Shown: one piece after another, positions 18,674-29,000 of the stretch
Layout of the letters: every line of letters starts with the position of its first letter
How positions within the stretch are numbered: the first letter of the stretch is position 1
Notes under the pieces: model-generated
Told to the model about the DNA's origin: nothing
Databases searched by the model: none
Seen by the model: the letters and a program-made list of their open reading frames with translations, nothing else
Assembly (NCBI GenBank): GCA_041752695.1
Contig: JBGSVZ010000039.1
Coordinates: 1 to 41,783 of the forward strand
DNA: 41,783 bases
Source of the DNA: Terrimicrobiaceae bacterium
Lineage (GTDB): Bacteria > Verrucomicrobiota > Verrucomicrobiia > Chthoniobacterales > Terrimicrobiaceae
Reading direction: 5' to 3'
Position numbers and translations under genes: made by a program

Positions 18674-19239
18674 AACGCCGTTCACTTCGTGGCTTTTCCC
18701 TCGTCGAATTGATCGTCGTTATTGCCATCGTCGGCATGCTGGCGGTGATGGTTGCGCCGGAGTTGGACCGCGTTCAGGCTCGCGCGCAGAGTGTGACCTG
18801 CGTGAACAACCTCCGACAGGTCGGAATCGGCGTCCTGAGTTATGTCGGGGAAAACGACAACACCTTTCCGCTGATCGAGCCGAATGAGGACGATCCGATT
18901 TACGGGAAGGAAACCGGGGATGCCGGGGAGTATGAGATTCAGCCCATGCTTCCGGCGCTCCAGCCCTACGGTGTGACGGACGGTGTCCTGAAATGCCCCG
19001 CCGATCTTCGCGGCAAGGGGACGCAGGTGTATTTCAACTCGCGAGGCACCAGCTACCAGTGGCGAATTACGGTGGACGGAGAAAATTCCATTTCTCCCCT
19101 GGTTTATGGCGGACGCCGGGGTTACGGCGTACGGGTGGCCAAACCCAGCAGAGTGACGGTCTGCACGGATTTCGAGGGCATTCACAGCGGTCGAATAAAC
19201 CGCCTCTACGCGGACGGGCACGTTTCCAAGCCCTATTGA
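18670..19239 (+). CDS. Prepilin-type cleavage/methylation protein with H-X9-DG motif
   Basis: RG|FSLVELIVV, CVNNLRQVG, CPAD, HSGRINRLYADGHV. Confidence 0.88.
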   Translation: MKRRSLRGFSLVELIVVIAIVGMLAVMVAPELDRVQARAQSVTCVNNLRQVGIGVLSYVGENDNTFPLIEPNEDDPIYGKETGDAGEYEIQPMLPALQPYGVTDGVLKCPADLRGKGTQVYFNSRGTSYQWRITVDGENSISPLVYGGRRGYGVRVAKPSRVTVCTDFEGIHSGRINRLYADGHVSKPY

Positions 19240-19266
19240 GGGCCTCACGATCTCCCAAGGGCCATT

Positions 19267-22200
19267 TTACCCCACCGTCTTGGCCGTCCGGGCGCCCGCC
19301 TGATCGAGCCACGCCGCATCGGGCAGCGCATAAGGGCGGAAGATCTCCAGCGAACCTTCGTGGCCGTTGTACAGCACGGCACGGTGCAGGCCCAGCGTGC
19401 CGGCTTTCGGGGAGTCGATCAGGCTGGCGGAATCATTGGCATTCATTTGGAAAAGAACACGCCTCTCAAATTCGGTGAGCGGTTTGCGGCCGATGAAACG
19501 CATCACGTTGTTATACGTGTCGCAGGCGGCGATGATGTGGATTCCCCGGCCTGGGCCGTCGGTGAGTAATTCCGCGAAGATTTTTGCCGGGCTTGCGCCT
19601 TCCTCCTCGTTTAAGGAAAACCCGAAGTCCTCCTCCTGACGGAGTTTTTTGAAATTCTGGATGCCGGGAATAAAAAGAAATGTCGTGCTGCCTTCGGCGG
19701 AGTCTTTGAGCGCGGAAAGGGCTTCTGCAAGGTCGGCCGGGCGGACGATGGTGACATCGTGCGCGAGGGACTGAACCAAACCCATCAGATATTCCCGCTG
19801 GGGCGATTCCGGTGCCGAGCTGTCAAGCCAGAGGAGCCTGGCGTCCGCCTTGTCGAGTTGGACGGAGAGCGCGACCAGGGCGGCCGCCATCATGGCCAGA
19901 ACGGGTTCCTCGGCCTGACCGACGATAAGGAGGTGGCTGCCGCTCTGCCGCGGAAAGACCACCTCGGTGGGGCCCTTGATGGCGTTGGGCTCGCCCAGCC
20001 AGATGCGGGGCGTGGGAGTGGCGCGGGGATTGACCAGCAGGGCGGCGAGCAGGGCATTGTCGCCGACCTCGGAAGGTGCGTTGCCTTCGAAGACAAAAGG
20101 GGCCGGCCGGGTCACGCCTGATTCCAGCGCCCGGGTGCGAACTTCCGCGAGCCGGGCGTCGCGGTCTTCCTCGGAGAGCCAGACGGTCTGAAACGGACTG
20201 TTGCCCTCCACCGCTCCGGCCATGTCGTTGTAGATGCCTTCGCCGGGCCTGGTGAGAAATTTCGGCGCAGGATTATTGTCATCCATGATCAACTGCGCGT
20301 CGGCCTCATTGCATTGCAGGGCGATGCGGATGACCATCTGACCCATCGTGGCGCGGGCCAGGGTGTAGGCGCCACCGAGCGTTTGGGAACCAAGAATCAC
20401 ATGAATGCCGAAGGCGCGGCCCTGGCGGACGATGCGGTCAAGCAGCACATTGGCTTCCTGCGCAATCCGGTCGTCCTCGACAAAATACTCCTGAAATTCG
20501 TCCACCAGCAGGAGCGTGCGCGGCAGGGGCAGGCCGGAGGCTTTGCGGTAGGTGGCAAGATTTTGCACCCCAAGTTTGCGGAAAAGATCGCCGCGGCGGC
20601 GGAGTTCCTCATCCACGCGCCGGAGCACACAGAGGCCGAATTCGCGATCGCTCTCGATGGCCACCACGCGGGCATGCGGAAGTTTGCCTGTCGCGTAGCC
20701 TTTGAACTCCACGCCCTTTTTGAAATCGACGAGATAAAACTCCACCTGATCTGGCGAGCACCAGAGCGCCAGGTTGGTCACCATCACGTGGAAGAGGGTG
20801 GATTTGCCCGAGCCGGTTTTACCGCCGATCAGCGTGTGCTGGCGGGTGCCTTTGCCGATGGCGAGATATTGCAGCTTGGCCGCGCCCGCGCGTCCGATGG
20901 GGACGCGCAATTCTTCGGCGGTGTCGAGCGACCAGATTTCCCCCGGAGACGGCGTGATCCGGGAAAAGGGAACCTCGATGCGATTGGAGTCCTTCCAGCC
21001 CGCTCCGACCCTGTGCAGAAAATGGGTGGTGACCCCGGCCCCGGGCGCGGCTTCGAGCCTGAGCTGCGTCCCTTTCGCGGAAAAGCCGTCGAGTTCGAAT
21101 TCCCCTTTTGCCTGCGTGAGACAGATGCTGTTGCGCTTGAGTTCATCGAGAACAAACCGCGGCGCCTCGTGGCGGCGATCCCAATGAATCAGCATGTAAA
21201 CCCCGCAGCGCGCGCCACTCACCGCGATGTTTACGAGGTTGCGCAGGGCGGAATCGGAGAAGTTCACCGGAAAATCCGCAATGACGAGGAAGTGGTATTT
21301 CTCCGCAATGTTTCCGGCCTGCTCGTTGTATTCGCGAATGGTGGGGTATTCGTTGCGCAGGTGCAGTTGGATGACTTTCTCAATGTGTTTATTGAGGTCG
21401 GAAAGGCGCTGTTCAATTTCCGTGGCCTGCGTCCAGATGCGTTTGTTGATCAGGCTGTCCTCGTAATCCGCGAGGTGCATCACGCCGGCGAAATTCTGTC
21501 CGAGTCCGACGGGGTCGAGGATGGTGAAATTCAGACGTCCGGCCGGCGACTCGGCCAGCAGCCGGAGAATAATGCCATTGAGTGCCCCGGCCACGCTCTC
21601 GCCGCAACTTCGCGGCGTTTCCACAAAGAGCGATCCTTCCTGGGGAAAACGCAGCAGCAAAGGGAGCGAGAACGTTTCCGGTCCCGGCAGGGCCAGCCGT
21701 TCATCGCGCGGCAGCGACTCGCAGAGCGCGTTTAAATCCACCGCGAGGTGGCCGAAAGGAACACCCTCGCCGAAGCGTAAGGGAGGGCCCCAGCTTTGCC
21801 ACACAGGGTCCTCCCAAGCGAGAAATTCGCGGCCGGCCTCGACCGAACTCTTCACCGTAGCAAAAAGCGGGGGGAGGGTTTCTTTCCAGCCCGTTTCAAT
21901 CTCCTGCCAGCGAGCCCGATTGTCCATCAGGTGCTTTTCCGTACGAAGTTCCCGCGACGTGGAGAGCAGGACAAGCTGCGCTTCGTGATGCCGGGTGAGA
22001 CGCGAGACGGCCTCCTCATGCTGCGATTCCAGCGCGGTCGTGCGCCGGTGCAAAAACATCTCCCGCCGCTCGGCGAGCGGGGTGGATTTTTCGCTCAGTT
22101 CCCGCACCATTGTTTCCCGGCGGCGGTCCGCCTCGCGGGTGGCCTGCTGCCAGCGGTTTTCGAGTTCGTGAAGGGTGGCGGCGTTTTCCGTTTCGATGCG

Positions 22201-23100
22201 CTGCAGGTTCGTCTGGTGGGTTTCCTGCGCATTGGCCACGCAAGCCTGGTAGAGACTGGCCAACCGGGCGAGATCCGTGGCCAGCGCCGAGGCCAGCGTT
22301 TCCGCGGAGCGTCCGCCCGCGAGATAGATTCCGAGACTCAGCAGGATGAAAACCCCCGCGATCAGAGCGGACGGAAGGGGCGGCAGGAACGCAAGGGCCG
22401 GCACCAACTGGACGGCCGCCAAGCCAGCCAGGACGCCGCATACCAGCCAGACCGGGAGGAGCCGGAAGAGTGCCGGGATCGGTTGTTTCCGAAAGCGGTC
22501 GAGGGCATCCACGGTTCGGGGATACAGGGCGTTAAATTCCCCAATGAGCGCATCCGCATCCTCCCCCTCCCAAGGCTCGGCCGTGGCCTGGGTTAGCAGG
22601 CGGCCGAATTTGCCGTAGCCGCGGAAAGAAGCCCGCGCCTTGCGCTGGAGGCCCAGCAAGGCGAGTCGGGCATTTTCCAAATTCCCCGCAAGAATGGCGA
22701 GATGCGCCTCGGCCTCCAGGAGCGCGGCCGTTTTTACCTTCGCGGCGTTCAGGCGGCCCTGCTGCACGGCGTAAATCTCGCGCCCCTTGGCCGATTCAAT
22801 GCGATCAAGCCGTTTGATGCGCGCGGTGCTCAGCGCGGCTTTCAGACGGGCCAGCCGCTGCGTGTTCCAATGGGACAGCCGCTGGCGCCTCTCTTGCCGG
22901 GCCGTCTCCTCCGCCGCCAGGGCGTTGCTGAAGCGGACGTTTTCCTCCGCCACCGCCGCCTCGTGCGTAAGATCCTGTCCGCCGGTAATGTGGTCGAGCG
23001 AACGTTTGAGCGAACGCTCGCGACCCGCGAAAGTCGTGACGGTCTCACGCAACGCAGTCAGCAGCGAAAGCGTTTCCTTCACCCCGGGGCCCTCACTCAC
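19267..23100 (-). CDS. FtsK/SpoIIIE-family ATPase, EccC/EssC-like (coiled coils, 2 TM, three FtsK-like modules)
   Basis: HTLIGGKTGSGKST Walker A, YLVDFKKG, LLVDEFQ Walker B, QGRAFGIHVILGSQ; degenerate modules on either side. Confidence 0.88.
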   Translation of the reverse strand: MSEGPGVKETLSLLTALRETVTTFAGRERSLKRSLDHITGGQDLTHEAAVAEENVRFSNALAAEETARQERRQRLSHWNTQRLARLKAALSTARIKRLDRIESAKGREIYAVQQGRLNAAKVKTAALLEAEAHLAILAGNLENARLALLGLQRKARASFRGYGKFGRLLTQATAEPWEGEDADALIGEFNALYPRTVDALDRFRKQPIPALFRLLPVWLVCGVLAGLAAVQLVPALAFLPPLPSALIAGVFILLSLGIYLAGGRSAETLASALATDLARLASLYQACVANAQETHQTNLQRIETENAATLHELENRWQQATREADRRRETMVRELSEKSTPLAERREMFLHRRTTALESQHEEAVSRLTRHHEAQLVLLSTSRELRTEKHLMDNRARWQEIETGWKETLPPLFATVKSSVEAGREFLAWEDPVWQSWGPPLRFGEGVPFGHLAVDLNALCESLPRDERLALPGPETFSLPLLLRFPQEGSLFVETPRSCGESVAGALNGIILRLLAESPAGRLNFTILDPVGLGQNFAGVMHLADYEDSLINKRIWTQATEIEQRLSDLNKHIEKVIQLHLRNEYPTIREYNEQAGNIAEKYHFLVIADFPVNFSDSALRNLVNIAVSGARCGVYMLIHWDRRHEAPRFVLDELKRNSICLTQAKGEFELDGFSAKGTQLRLEAAPGAGVTTHFLHRVGAGWKDSNRIEVPFSRITPSPGEIWSLDTAEELRVPIGRAGAAKLQYLAIGKGTRQHTLIGGKTGSGKSTLFHVMVTNLALWCSPDQVEFYLVDFKKGVEFKGYATGKLPHARVVAIESDREFGLCVLRRVDEELRRRGDLFRKLGVQNLATYRKASGLPLPRTLLLVDEFQEYFVEDDRIAQEANVLLDRIVRQGRAFGIHVILGSQTLGGAYTLARATMGQMVIRIALQCNEADAQLIMDDNNPAPKFLTRPGEGIYNDMAGAVEGNSPFQTVWLSEEDRDARLAEVRTRALESGVTRPAPFVFEGNAPSEVGDNALLAALLVNPRATPTPRIWLGEPNAIKGPTEVVFPRQSGSHLLIVGQAEEPVLAMMAAALVALSVQLDKADARLLWLDSSAPESPQREYLMGLVQSLAHDVTIVRPADLAEALSALKDSAEGSTTFLFIPGIQNFKKLRQEEDFGFSLNEEEGASPAKIFAELLTDGPGRGIHIIAACDTYNNVMRFIGRKPLTEFERRVLFQMNANDSASLIDSPKAGTLGLHRAVLYNGHEGSLEIFRPYALPDAAWLDQAGARTAKTVG

Positions 23101-23305
23101 AATCGTTCCTCATTTTGGTCAGAAGCTTCTCCAATTCGTCCATCGACGACATCGCCTTGTCCACATCGGACTTCAACTCGCGCAAATAACGGGCCTCAAA
23201 TTCCGCGGCCTTGGCGTCGCGCCACTGGTCGTGCGTGTCCTGCCAGCGAACGAGCAGTTCTTTTGTCATCTCGCCGAGCCGGGCCTTGTTGGCGGTGAGG
23301 CTCAT
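23093..23305 (-). CDS. Small WXG100-like helical protein (W-R-D centre)
   Basis: 70 aa, 'WQDTHDQWRDAKAAEFE' helix-turn-helix pattern; overlaps both neighbours. Confidence 0.7.
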   Translation of the reverse strand: MSLTANKARLGEMTKELLVRWQDTHDQWRDAKAAEFEARYLRELKSDVDKAMSSMDELEKLLTKMRNDCE

Positions 23306-23817
23306 GGAGTTTCCTCCGGAGTCGAGGGTGCCACCGGACCGGCCGGTGCCACCTCCGCGTAGTCAGCCAGCAACTGTATGATACGGGAAAGATCCGCCAC
23401 GGATTCATTGAGTTCGCCCGACAGGCGCTCGCTGAGCAATTCGATCTGGCGCGCGGAGGGACCAAACACTTGGTCAAATTCGCGGATCCACTTTCGCACC
23501 GCCTTCAATTTCCCCTCCGCCTCACCCAGGGAATCGCGGCAGCGCCGCACCATGACCTGGGCGTATTCCTGACCGCTGCTCAGATTCGACAGGCGAATTT
23601 TGAACAACTGCGCCTCCGCATCCTGCAGCTTTTGCGCACGCCGGCGAATCTGGCTTTCCCAGTGCGCCTGGCGGTCCGTCTCCAGCCAGAGCCGGGCACG
23701 GATGATTTCACCGCGAATCTCGTCCAGCGCGGGCCGGGCCCCATGCAGATAAACGATGAGGTTCGCCCGAAAAGCCTCGAGGGCCTCGACGGAAAGAATG
23801 TGAACACGCTCAGGCAC
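23302..23817 (-). CDS. Coiled-coil hypothetical protein in the WXG100/FtsK operon
   Basis: 171 aa, heptad-rich, GTG start, ATGA overlap with the next gene. Confidence 0.75.
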   Translation of the reverse strand: MPERVHILSVEALEAFRANLIVYLHGARPALDEIRGEIIRARLWLETDRQAHWESQIRRRAQKLQDAEAQLFKIRLSNLSSGQEYAQVMVRRCRDSLGEAEGKLKAVRKWIREFDQVFGPSARQIELLSERLSGELNESVADLSRIIQLLADYAEVAPAGPVAPSTPEETP

Positions 23818-23904
23818 GGGAAACTAAGCCGATACCTGGGCCGCACACGGACGCCGAGGGCACAAAAAAGAAGAGGGGGCTGGCATCAGGTCGCCGGGAT
23901 TTTT

Positions 23905-24177
23905 TCAGCGCTGGTTGAGGTACTCCTCAATGCGCTGCGCTTTCCGCATCAAATACGGAGCCTGGCGCCCCGAGGTCTCGGTGAATTTGCGCAGCACCTT
24001 CATCGTGTCTTTGAATTCCTCCGCAAACTTCAGGTTTTCCTGATCCTGCCAGGTGTCACCCAACGCATTGAAGCGGGCAATCAGCGCCGACATCCGGTTT
24101 TGCAGGTCGGTGTTAAAACGCTGCAACTCTTCGGCAAAACGCCGAACCTGTTCGGGATCCATGATGGCTTGAGACAT
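23905..24177 (-). CDS. WXG100/ESAT-6 family protein
   Basis: 90 aa; 'MDPEQVRRFAEEL', central 'DTWQD...F..EF', C-terminal 'IEEY'. Confidence 0.85.
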   Translation of the reverse strand: MSQAIMDPEQVRRFAEELQRFNTDLQNRMSALIARFNALGDTWQDQENLKFAEEFKDTMKVLRKFTETSGRQAPYLMRKAQRIEEYLNQR

Positions 24178-24433
24178 ATGGCGGATGAGGAAGCGCCCCT
24201 CGCACACAAGGCGATGGCTGTCAGGAAACGTAGCCGAACTTCCTCTTCAGGCCAACGGAATTCCCGGGAAACGAAGGAGAGATTTTTCGGGGGAACGATT
24301 TGTCCGGGATCCCTCGGAAAATGCCAAAAAATGGGCCGCCGTCCCTTGACAAAAGTTTACTCCGTATATACACGATGCTTTGCATCACACATTTGATCTG
24401 CCCCTGAATTGCCTTTCACCCTCCCCGGAACTG

Positions 24434-24907
24434 ATGGAAACCCCTCCCACACCCTTCCGTCCGGATGCTCACCCGCGCCGGACAGGCGGATTGCGACCAC
24501 CCGGCTTTTCGCTGGTGGAGGTGCTCATGGCCATCGGTCTCGTCACCTTTGCCCTGCTCGTCATCTTCTCCCTCATGCCCGCGGGCCTGGCCGCTTTGCA
24601 GGATGCCAACCGACAGATCGTGGAAACGGAAATCTATCATACCGTCGGAGCGGAACTGGCCTCGACCCCGTTTGACAAGTTGGAGGAATTTGCGACGCAG
24701 TTTCCCATCTATTTTGATTACGAAGGGACGAAGGTCGGAACCGCGGCCGAGTCTTCGTTCACCGTCCGTTGCGTCCTAGCGGCGCCCGAACTCGGAGGTG
24801 GCGAGTTGCGGCGGGCCACGGTGGCCATCGGCTACCGGCGTGATCCGAACCCGCCCGACGCGAAATCGTCGGTGCGGACATTCCTGTTGGTAAACCGGGG
24901 CATCTGA
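24434..24907 (+). CDS. vccB: Verru_Chthon cassette protein B (PilV-like minor pilin)
   Basis: GFSLVEVLMAIG..TFALL.IF.LMP.GL, 'YFDYEG'. Confidence 0.85.
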   Translation: METPPTPFRPDAHPRRTGGLRPPGFSLVEVLMAIGLVTFALLVIFSLMPAGLAALQDANRQIVETEIYHTVGAELASTPFDKLEEFATQFPIYFDYEGTKVGTAAESSFTVRCVLAAPELGGGELRRATVAIGYRRDPNPPDAKSSVRTFLLVNRGI

Positions 24908-24911
24908 TGGA

Positions 24912-26063
24912 ATGAAAACGAAATTTCCGAGTCGTTTTCAGCGGGGGTTCACGCTTTTGGAGTTACTGGTCGCAACGACCGTGCTGCTCCTTATCATGGT
25001 GGTTTTGCTGCAAGTCGTCGGAGGTGTGGGTGACATTTGGAAATCCAGCACGGGAAAAATTTCCGCGTTTCAAAACGCAAGGTCAGCCTTCGCCACCTTG
25101 AATCGCACGCTCGCGAGGGCGACACTCAATACTTATCACGATTATTCGGATTCCGGGGGGAACTACCGGACAACCAACAACGCAAACACCTTTGCCCCAT
25201 CAAAATTTGCCCGGGCCTCCGAGCTGCATTTTGTTTCGGGACCCACGGCTCAGATTGTCAATGGAGCGGATGGGATCGCCAATCCGGGCGACGCCGTGTT
25301 TTTCCAGGCTCCCCTGGGGGATACGGATGATGTCGGCCTGACCAGCCTCAACCGCACGCTTAACTCCACGGGTTTTTACATTCAGTATGGCGACGCCGAC
25401 GCAAGCCTCCTGCCGACCTGGCTCCAGGGCTTTTTTAACAACACCAAACGTTTCCGGCTGGTGCAGTTTGTCGAACCCACGGAAGACCTGAAAGTTTATG
25501 CCGCCACGGCGGGAGGCACTTATCCTGCCGTCGGTTCCGGGATCAACAACTGGCTCGAATCCTTCAGACCCGGCACGACCTCGCCGCGTGCGCGGGTGCT
25601 GGCGGAGGATGTCTCCCTGTTGGTCATTCGTCCCCGACTATCGCCGAAGGATGAAGAAAGCGCCGCCGGACAGCTGGGTGAAAGTTATGATGCAACCCGA
25701 GTCGGTTCCCTCCTCGCTCCCAACTACCATTATGATTCCCGGGCCTGGCAAACGGGCTATCCAGCGGGCCGCGTGCCCGCGACAGGCTCGCCGGTGAAAC
25801 TGTCGGAACTGATGCGCAACCAAGTCCCGCCCATCATGGACGTCGCCATGGTGAGCGTCGATCGCCGGTCGCTTTTACGGTTCGACCAGTCGAGCCCCAC
25901 TCCGCCCGTGGAGCTCCAGGTGGCGAGCGGACTTTTTACCGACAGCGCAAAATTCGAAGAGGACCTTGCCACCTACAGCCAACAGCTCTCCGACGCCGGG
26001 ATTCGTCACCGGGTCTTTCGCACCTCGGTGGAAATCCAAGGAGCCAAATGGTCGAATAACTAA
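24912..26063 (+). CDS. vccC: Verru_Chthon cassette protein C (PilW-like)
   Basis: GFTLLELLV, 'FQNARSAF', 'ATLNTY.DY', 'RASELHF.SG', 'VFFQAPLG', 'YDSR', 'NQVPP', 'AKWS'. Confidence 0.88.
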   Translation: MKTKFPSRFQRGFTLLELLVATTVLLLIMVVLLQVVGGVGDIWKSSTGKISAFQNARSAFATLNRTLARATLNTYHDYSDSGGNYRTTNNANTFAPSKFARASELHFVSGPTAQIVNGADGIANPGDAVFFQAPLGDTDDVGLTSLNRTLNSTGFYIQYGDADASLLPTWLQGFFNNTKRFRLVQFVEPTEDLKVYAATAGGTYPAVGSGINNWLESFRPGTTSPRARVLAEDVSLLVIRPRLSPKDEESAAGQLGESYDATRVGSLLAPNYHYDSRAWQTGYPAGRVPATGSPVKLSELMRNQVPPIMDVAMVSVDRRSLLRFDQSSPTPPVELQVASGLFTDSAKFEEDLATYSQQLSDAGIRHRVFRTSVEIQGAKWSNN

Positions 26064-26071
26064 GTACTGAC

Positions 26072-29000
26072 ATGACTAACCCCCTCCAAAAACGAGCCTT
26101 TGCCTTGGTGCTGGTGCTCATCATCATTGTCCTGGCCGCGACCATGGCGGTCTTTTTTCTGGCCAGCGCCGGACAGGAGAGACGGGGCGTCGATCTTTAC
26201 GCGCGGGGCGGCCACGTGCGGCATCTGGCGGGCATGGCGGTGAACCGCGTGATGGGACAGATCAACGCCGCAACCAAGGCGGGAACCGCCGCCGCTCCCG
26301 TCTCCTGGGCTTCCCAGCCCGGCATGGTGCGCACCTACCTGGCAGACGGAACCGCGGGGAATTTTTACAAGCTGTATTCGTGGGACACCGCCGCCTCGGT
26401 GCCTGGGGCGGGGTTTGATCCCTCCGCGGCCAGCGAGCGTCCGCCAGCGGGCTGGAAAAACTCCACGGCGATTTTTGCCGATCTCAATCAGCCCATCAAA
26501 GAGGTGTATCCCATTGTCGATCCCGGAGCGCAGGGTGTGGTCGAAGGCTTCAGCATTGACGCAGCCGATGACGCCGTCTCGGGTTCCGGCTCGGAGGCTC
26601 CCATGCCCGCCAAGTGGCTCTATGTTCTCGAAGACGGGCAGATGGTTGCTCCGGGCAACTTGACCGGAACCACCGCCACCATCCCGGGAGCCACCGCCGA
26701 TAACCCCATTGTCGGCCGTGTCGCGTTCTGGGCGGACGACGAAACTTCCAAGGTCAATATCAACACCGCGAGTGAGGGATCCTTTTGGGACTGGCCGAAG
26801 GCGGCGACCTATAACGAAATGCAGTTCGCAGGGAACCCTCCCGTGGGCGGGGAATTTAATCGGGTTCCGGGGCACCCCGCGATGACCTCGTTGTCTGCGG
26901 TGTTTCCTGAACTCAGCCCGGGGGAACGCTGGGAGACTTCAGGTTTGGTGCGGGCAGACTACCGTGCGAAGACAATGTCCCTTCTGGGTCTGACGCCCCG
27001 GGTCGTCTATTCGAACAACAGCTCGCGGGGTGGCACCTACCCTTTGGAAAAGGCCAACTTCAATTACGGTCCATCCTCCGGGGCTCCGAACGACTCCCTT
27101 TTGAACTCTGTCCCATCCGTGTCCCTCACGCCCAAGACGGACCGTCTGCTCGTTTCCCCTGATGAGATGATCTTTACCACCACAACCTCGGGCGGCTCGC
27201 GGGTGACCGCTTCCGCACTCACGTTGGACATGGTCCGGAAAAGGTCGTTTTTTCTCACCTCGAACAGCCGGGCTCCCGAAACAACACTCTTCGAAACTCC
27301 GCGTGTCAGTCTCTGGCCGGTCACCTGGCCATACCCCACGGCTCATGCTAAGCTGACCAACCGTCAAACCGCCGCGGTGAGTTCGCCCTCACCTGATGGC
27401 ACCCTGCTCAATAATAATACCTGGATGAGAGCCGAGGAACGGTTGCTCGCTTTTACGTCAATCCTAAACCGCACCCGGGCCGACGGGGGGGACCGCTATT
27501 TCTTTCAGCGCCAGAATTCGGAAAGCCCCTCCCACGATTACACCGCTATCACGCGGAACCAGCGCTTGCTCTCCTACCTTCGCGAACTCACTTCCCGGCA
27601 GATTCCCGGATACGGTGGAAATTTCGAAACCAAGCTGACGGAAGCGGGACGGGATTCCGTGCTGGCCAATACGTTCAACTCGATTCGTTCCCTGGTTAAC
27701 CAATACACGCTTCAGGACGATGGGAAGTTGCTCTACTCCTACACCCCGATTTCTTTTGCGCGGTTCACGACGCAGACCGGGGCGGTTGTGGCAAAGTCAG
27801 AGCTCGGTGCTTTCAGCCCATTCCCCATCAAGGTGGATCTCGGCAGTGGAGAGATCACCACAATTAGCGAATTCCCCCTTTTGCGGGAAGCCGCCCTTGT
27901 CTTTTTTGCGACAGATCGTCAGCTCCCCTCCAAAAAACCCGACCCCAGCCTCAACTTTAATGATCCTTTGAGCTGGAATAACCTGATCAATGTCAACAAT
28001 GCGCCCGGTGCATCCGTTGGCGCTCAGACGACAAAGATGAGGGCGGTGATGATTCTTGATTTTTTCAACTTGCGCGGATCCACCCGCAATAACCAACCCG
28101 TCTTCTGGGTTAAGGTCAGCGGTGCAACCATGAGCGCGAACGGAACAAATTTGGGATTTGGGAGTGCCGTCGCGAAGCTGGACTACCGGATTTCCCCCAA
28201 CCTTCCCTCATACCTCCTCCCGTTCTTCGAGCGTAATGCAACCTCGGGTGCTGTTCTGAACATCAAAACGCTGGTCAATGGAAATGTTGATGATGCCAAT
28301 TACGGCCTGATCAGCGCCGAGGTCTCACTCGATCCAACCGCCTTGAATTTTGACTTCATCGGCGGTCCCATGACGATTGAGATCTATGGAATTAAGGACG
28401 GCGATCCGGCAATTAATCCCACCGGGAACTCCAATCTTCGCGTGGCGACTTACAACGTGGACTTCTCGTCATGGGATGGCCTCCAGAGAATCCCCCTGGC
28501 CCCACGGTGGACCTATATGGACATGCTTAATAGCAAGAAAGTTCCTCCGCTGGTTTCCGGAACAACGAATTGGAAGGGTTCCATGTGTCCTAATCCGGGG
28601 TTTAGTCCTGCGTCAAACTGGGCTGCCATCGAGATCGCCCCTGCCTACCGGACTTCGAGTGCAGTGGGCGATCCCGCCATGGGTGGCAACCTCTCCATTC
28701 CGTCGTTTTCGAGCATTTTCTCCGGAACGAATGAGGGCAGTATCGCCTACCCTCCGACATCCGGGGCCACGTCCTTCGTCTACCGGGCCCCTGCCACTTA
28801 TGCTTTTTGTGACAGTTCCGGCGAAACCGCCGGACGCATCATGACCGATTACCGCAATCGAATGCGCTATTACCCCGAGTTGCCCAGCAGTGTCCCCTAC
28901 TTGGCCGAAAACACCCTTGTCACCCTCAGTGGGACAACAGCGGGCATTCAATTCGTCCCGGCCGGTTTCCCTGCCACAACGGTGTATGACACAGTGCTCG

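Noticed and set aside
24346..24376. TTGACA upstream of vccB as a sigma70 promoter
   Set aside because: Perfect -35 but no convincing -10 at 16-18 bp spacing (TACACG at 17); not supported enough to call.
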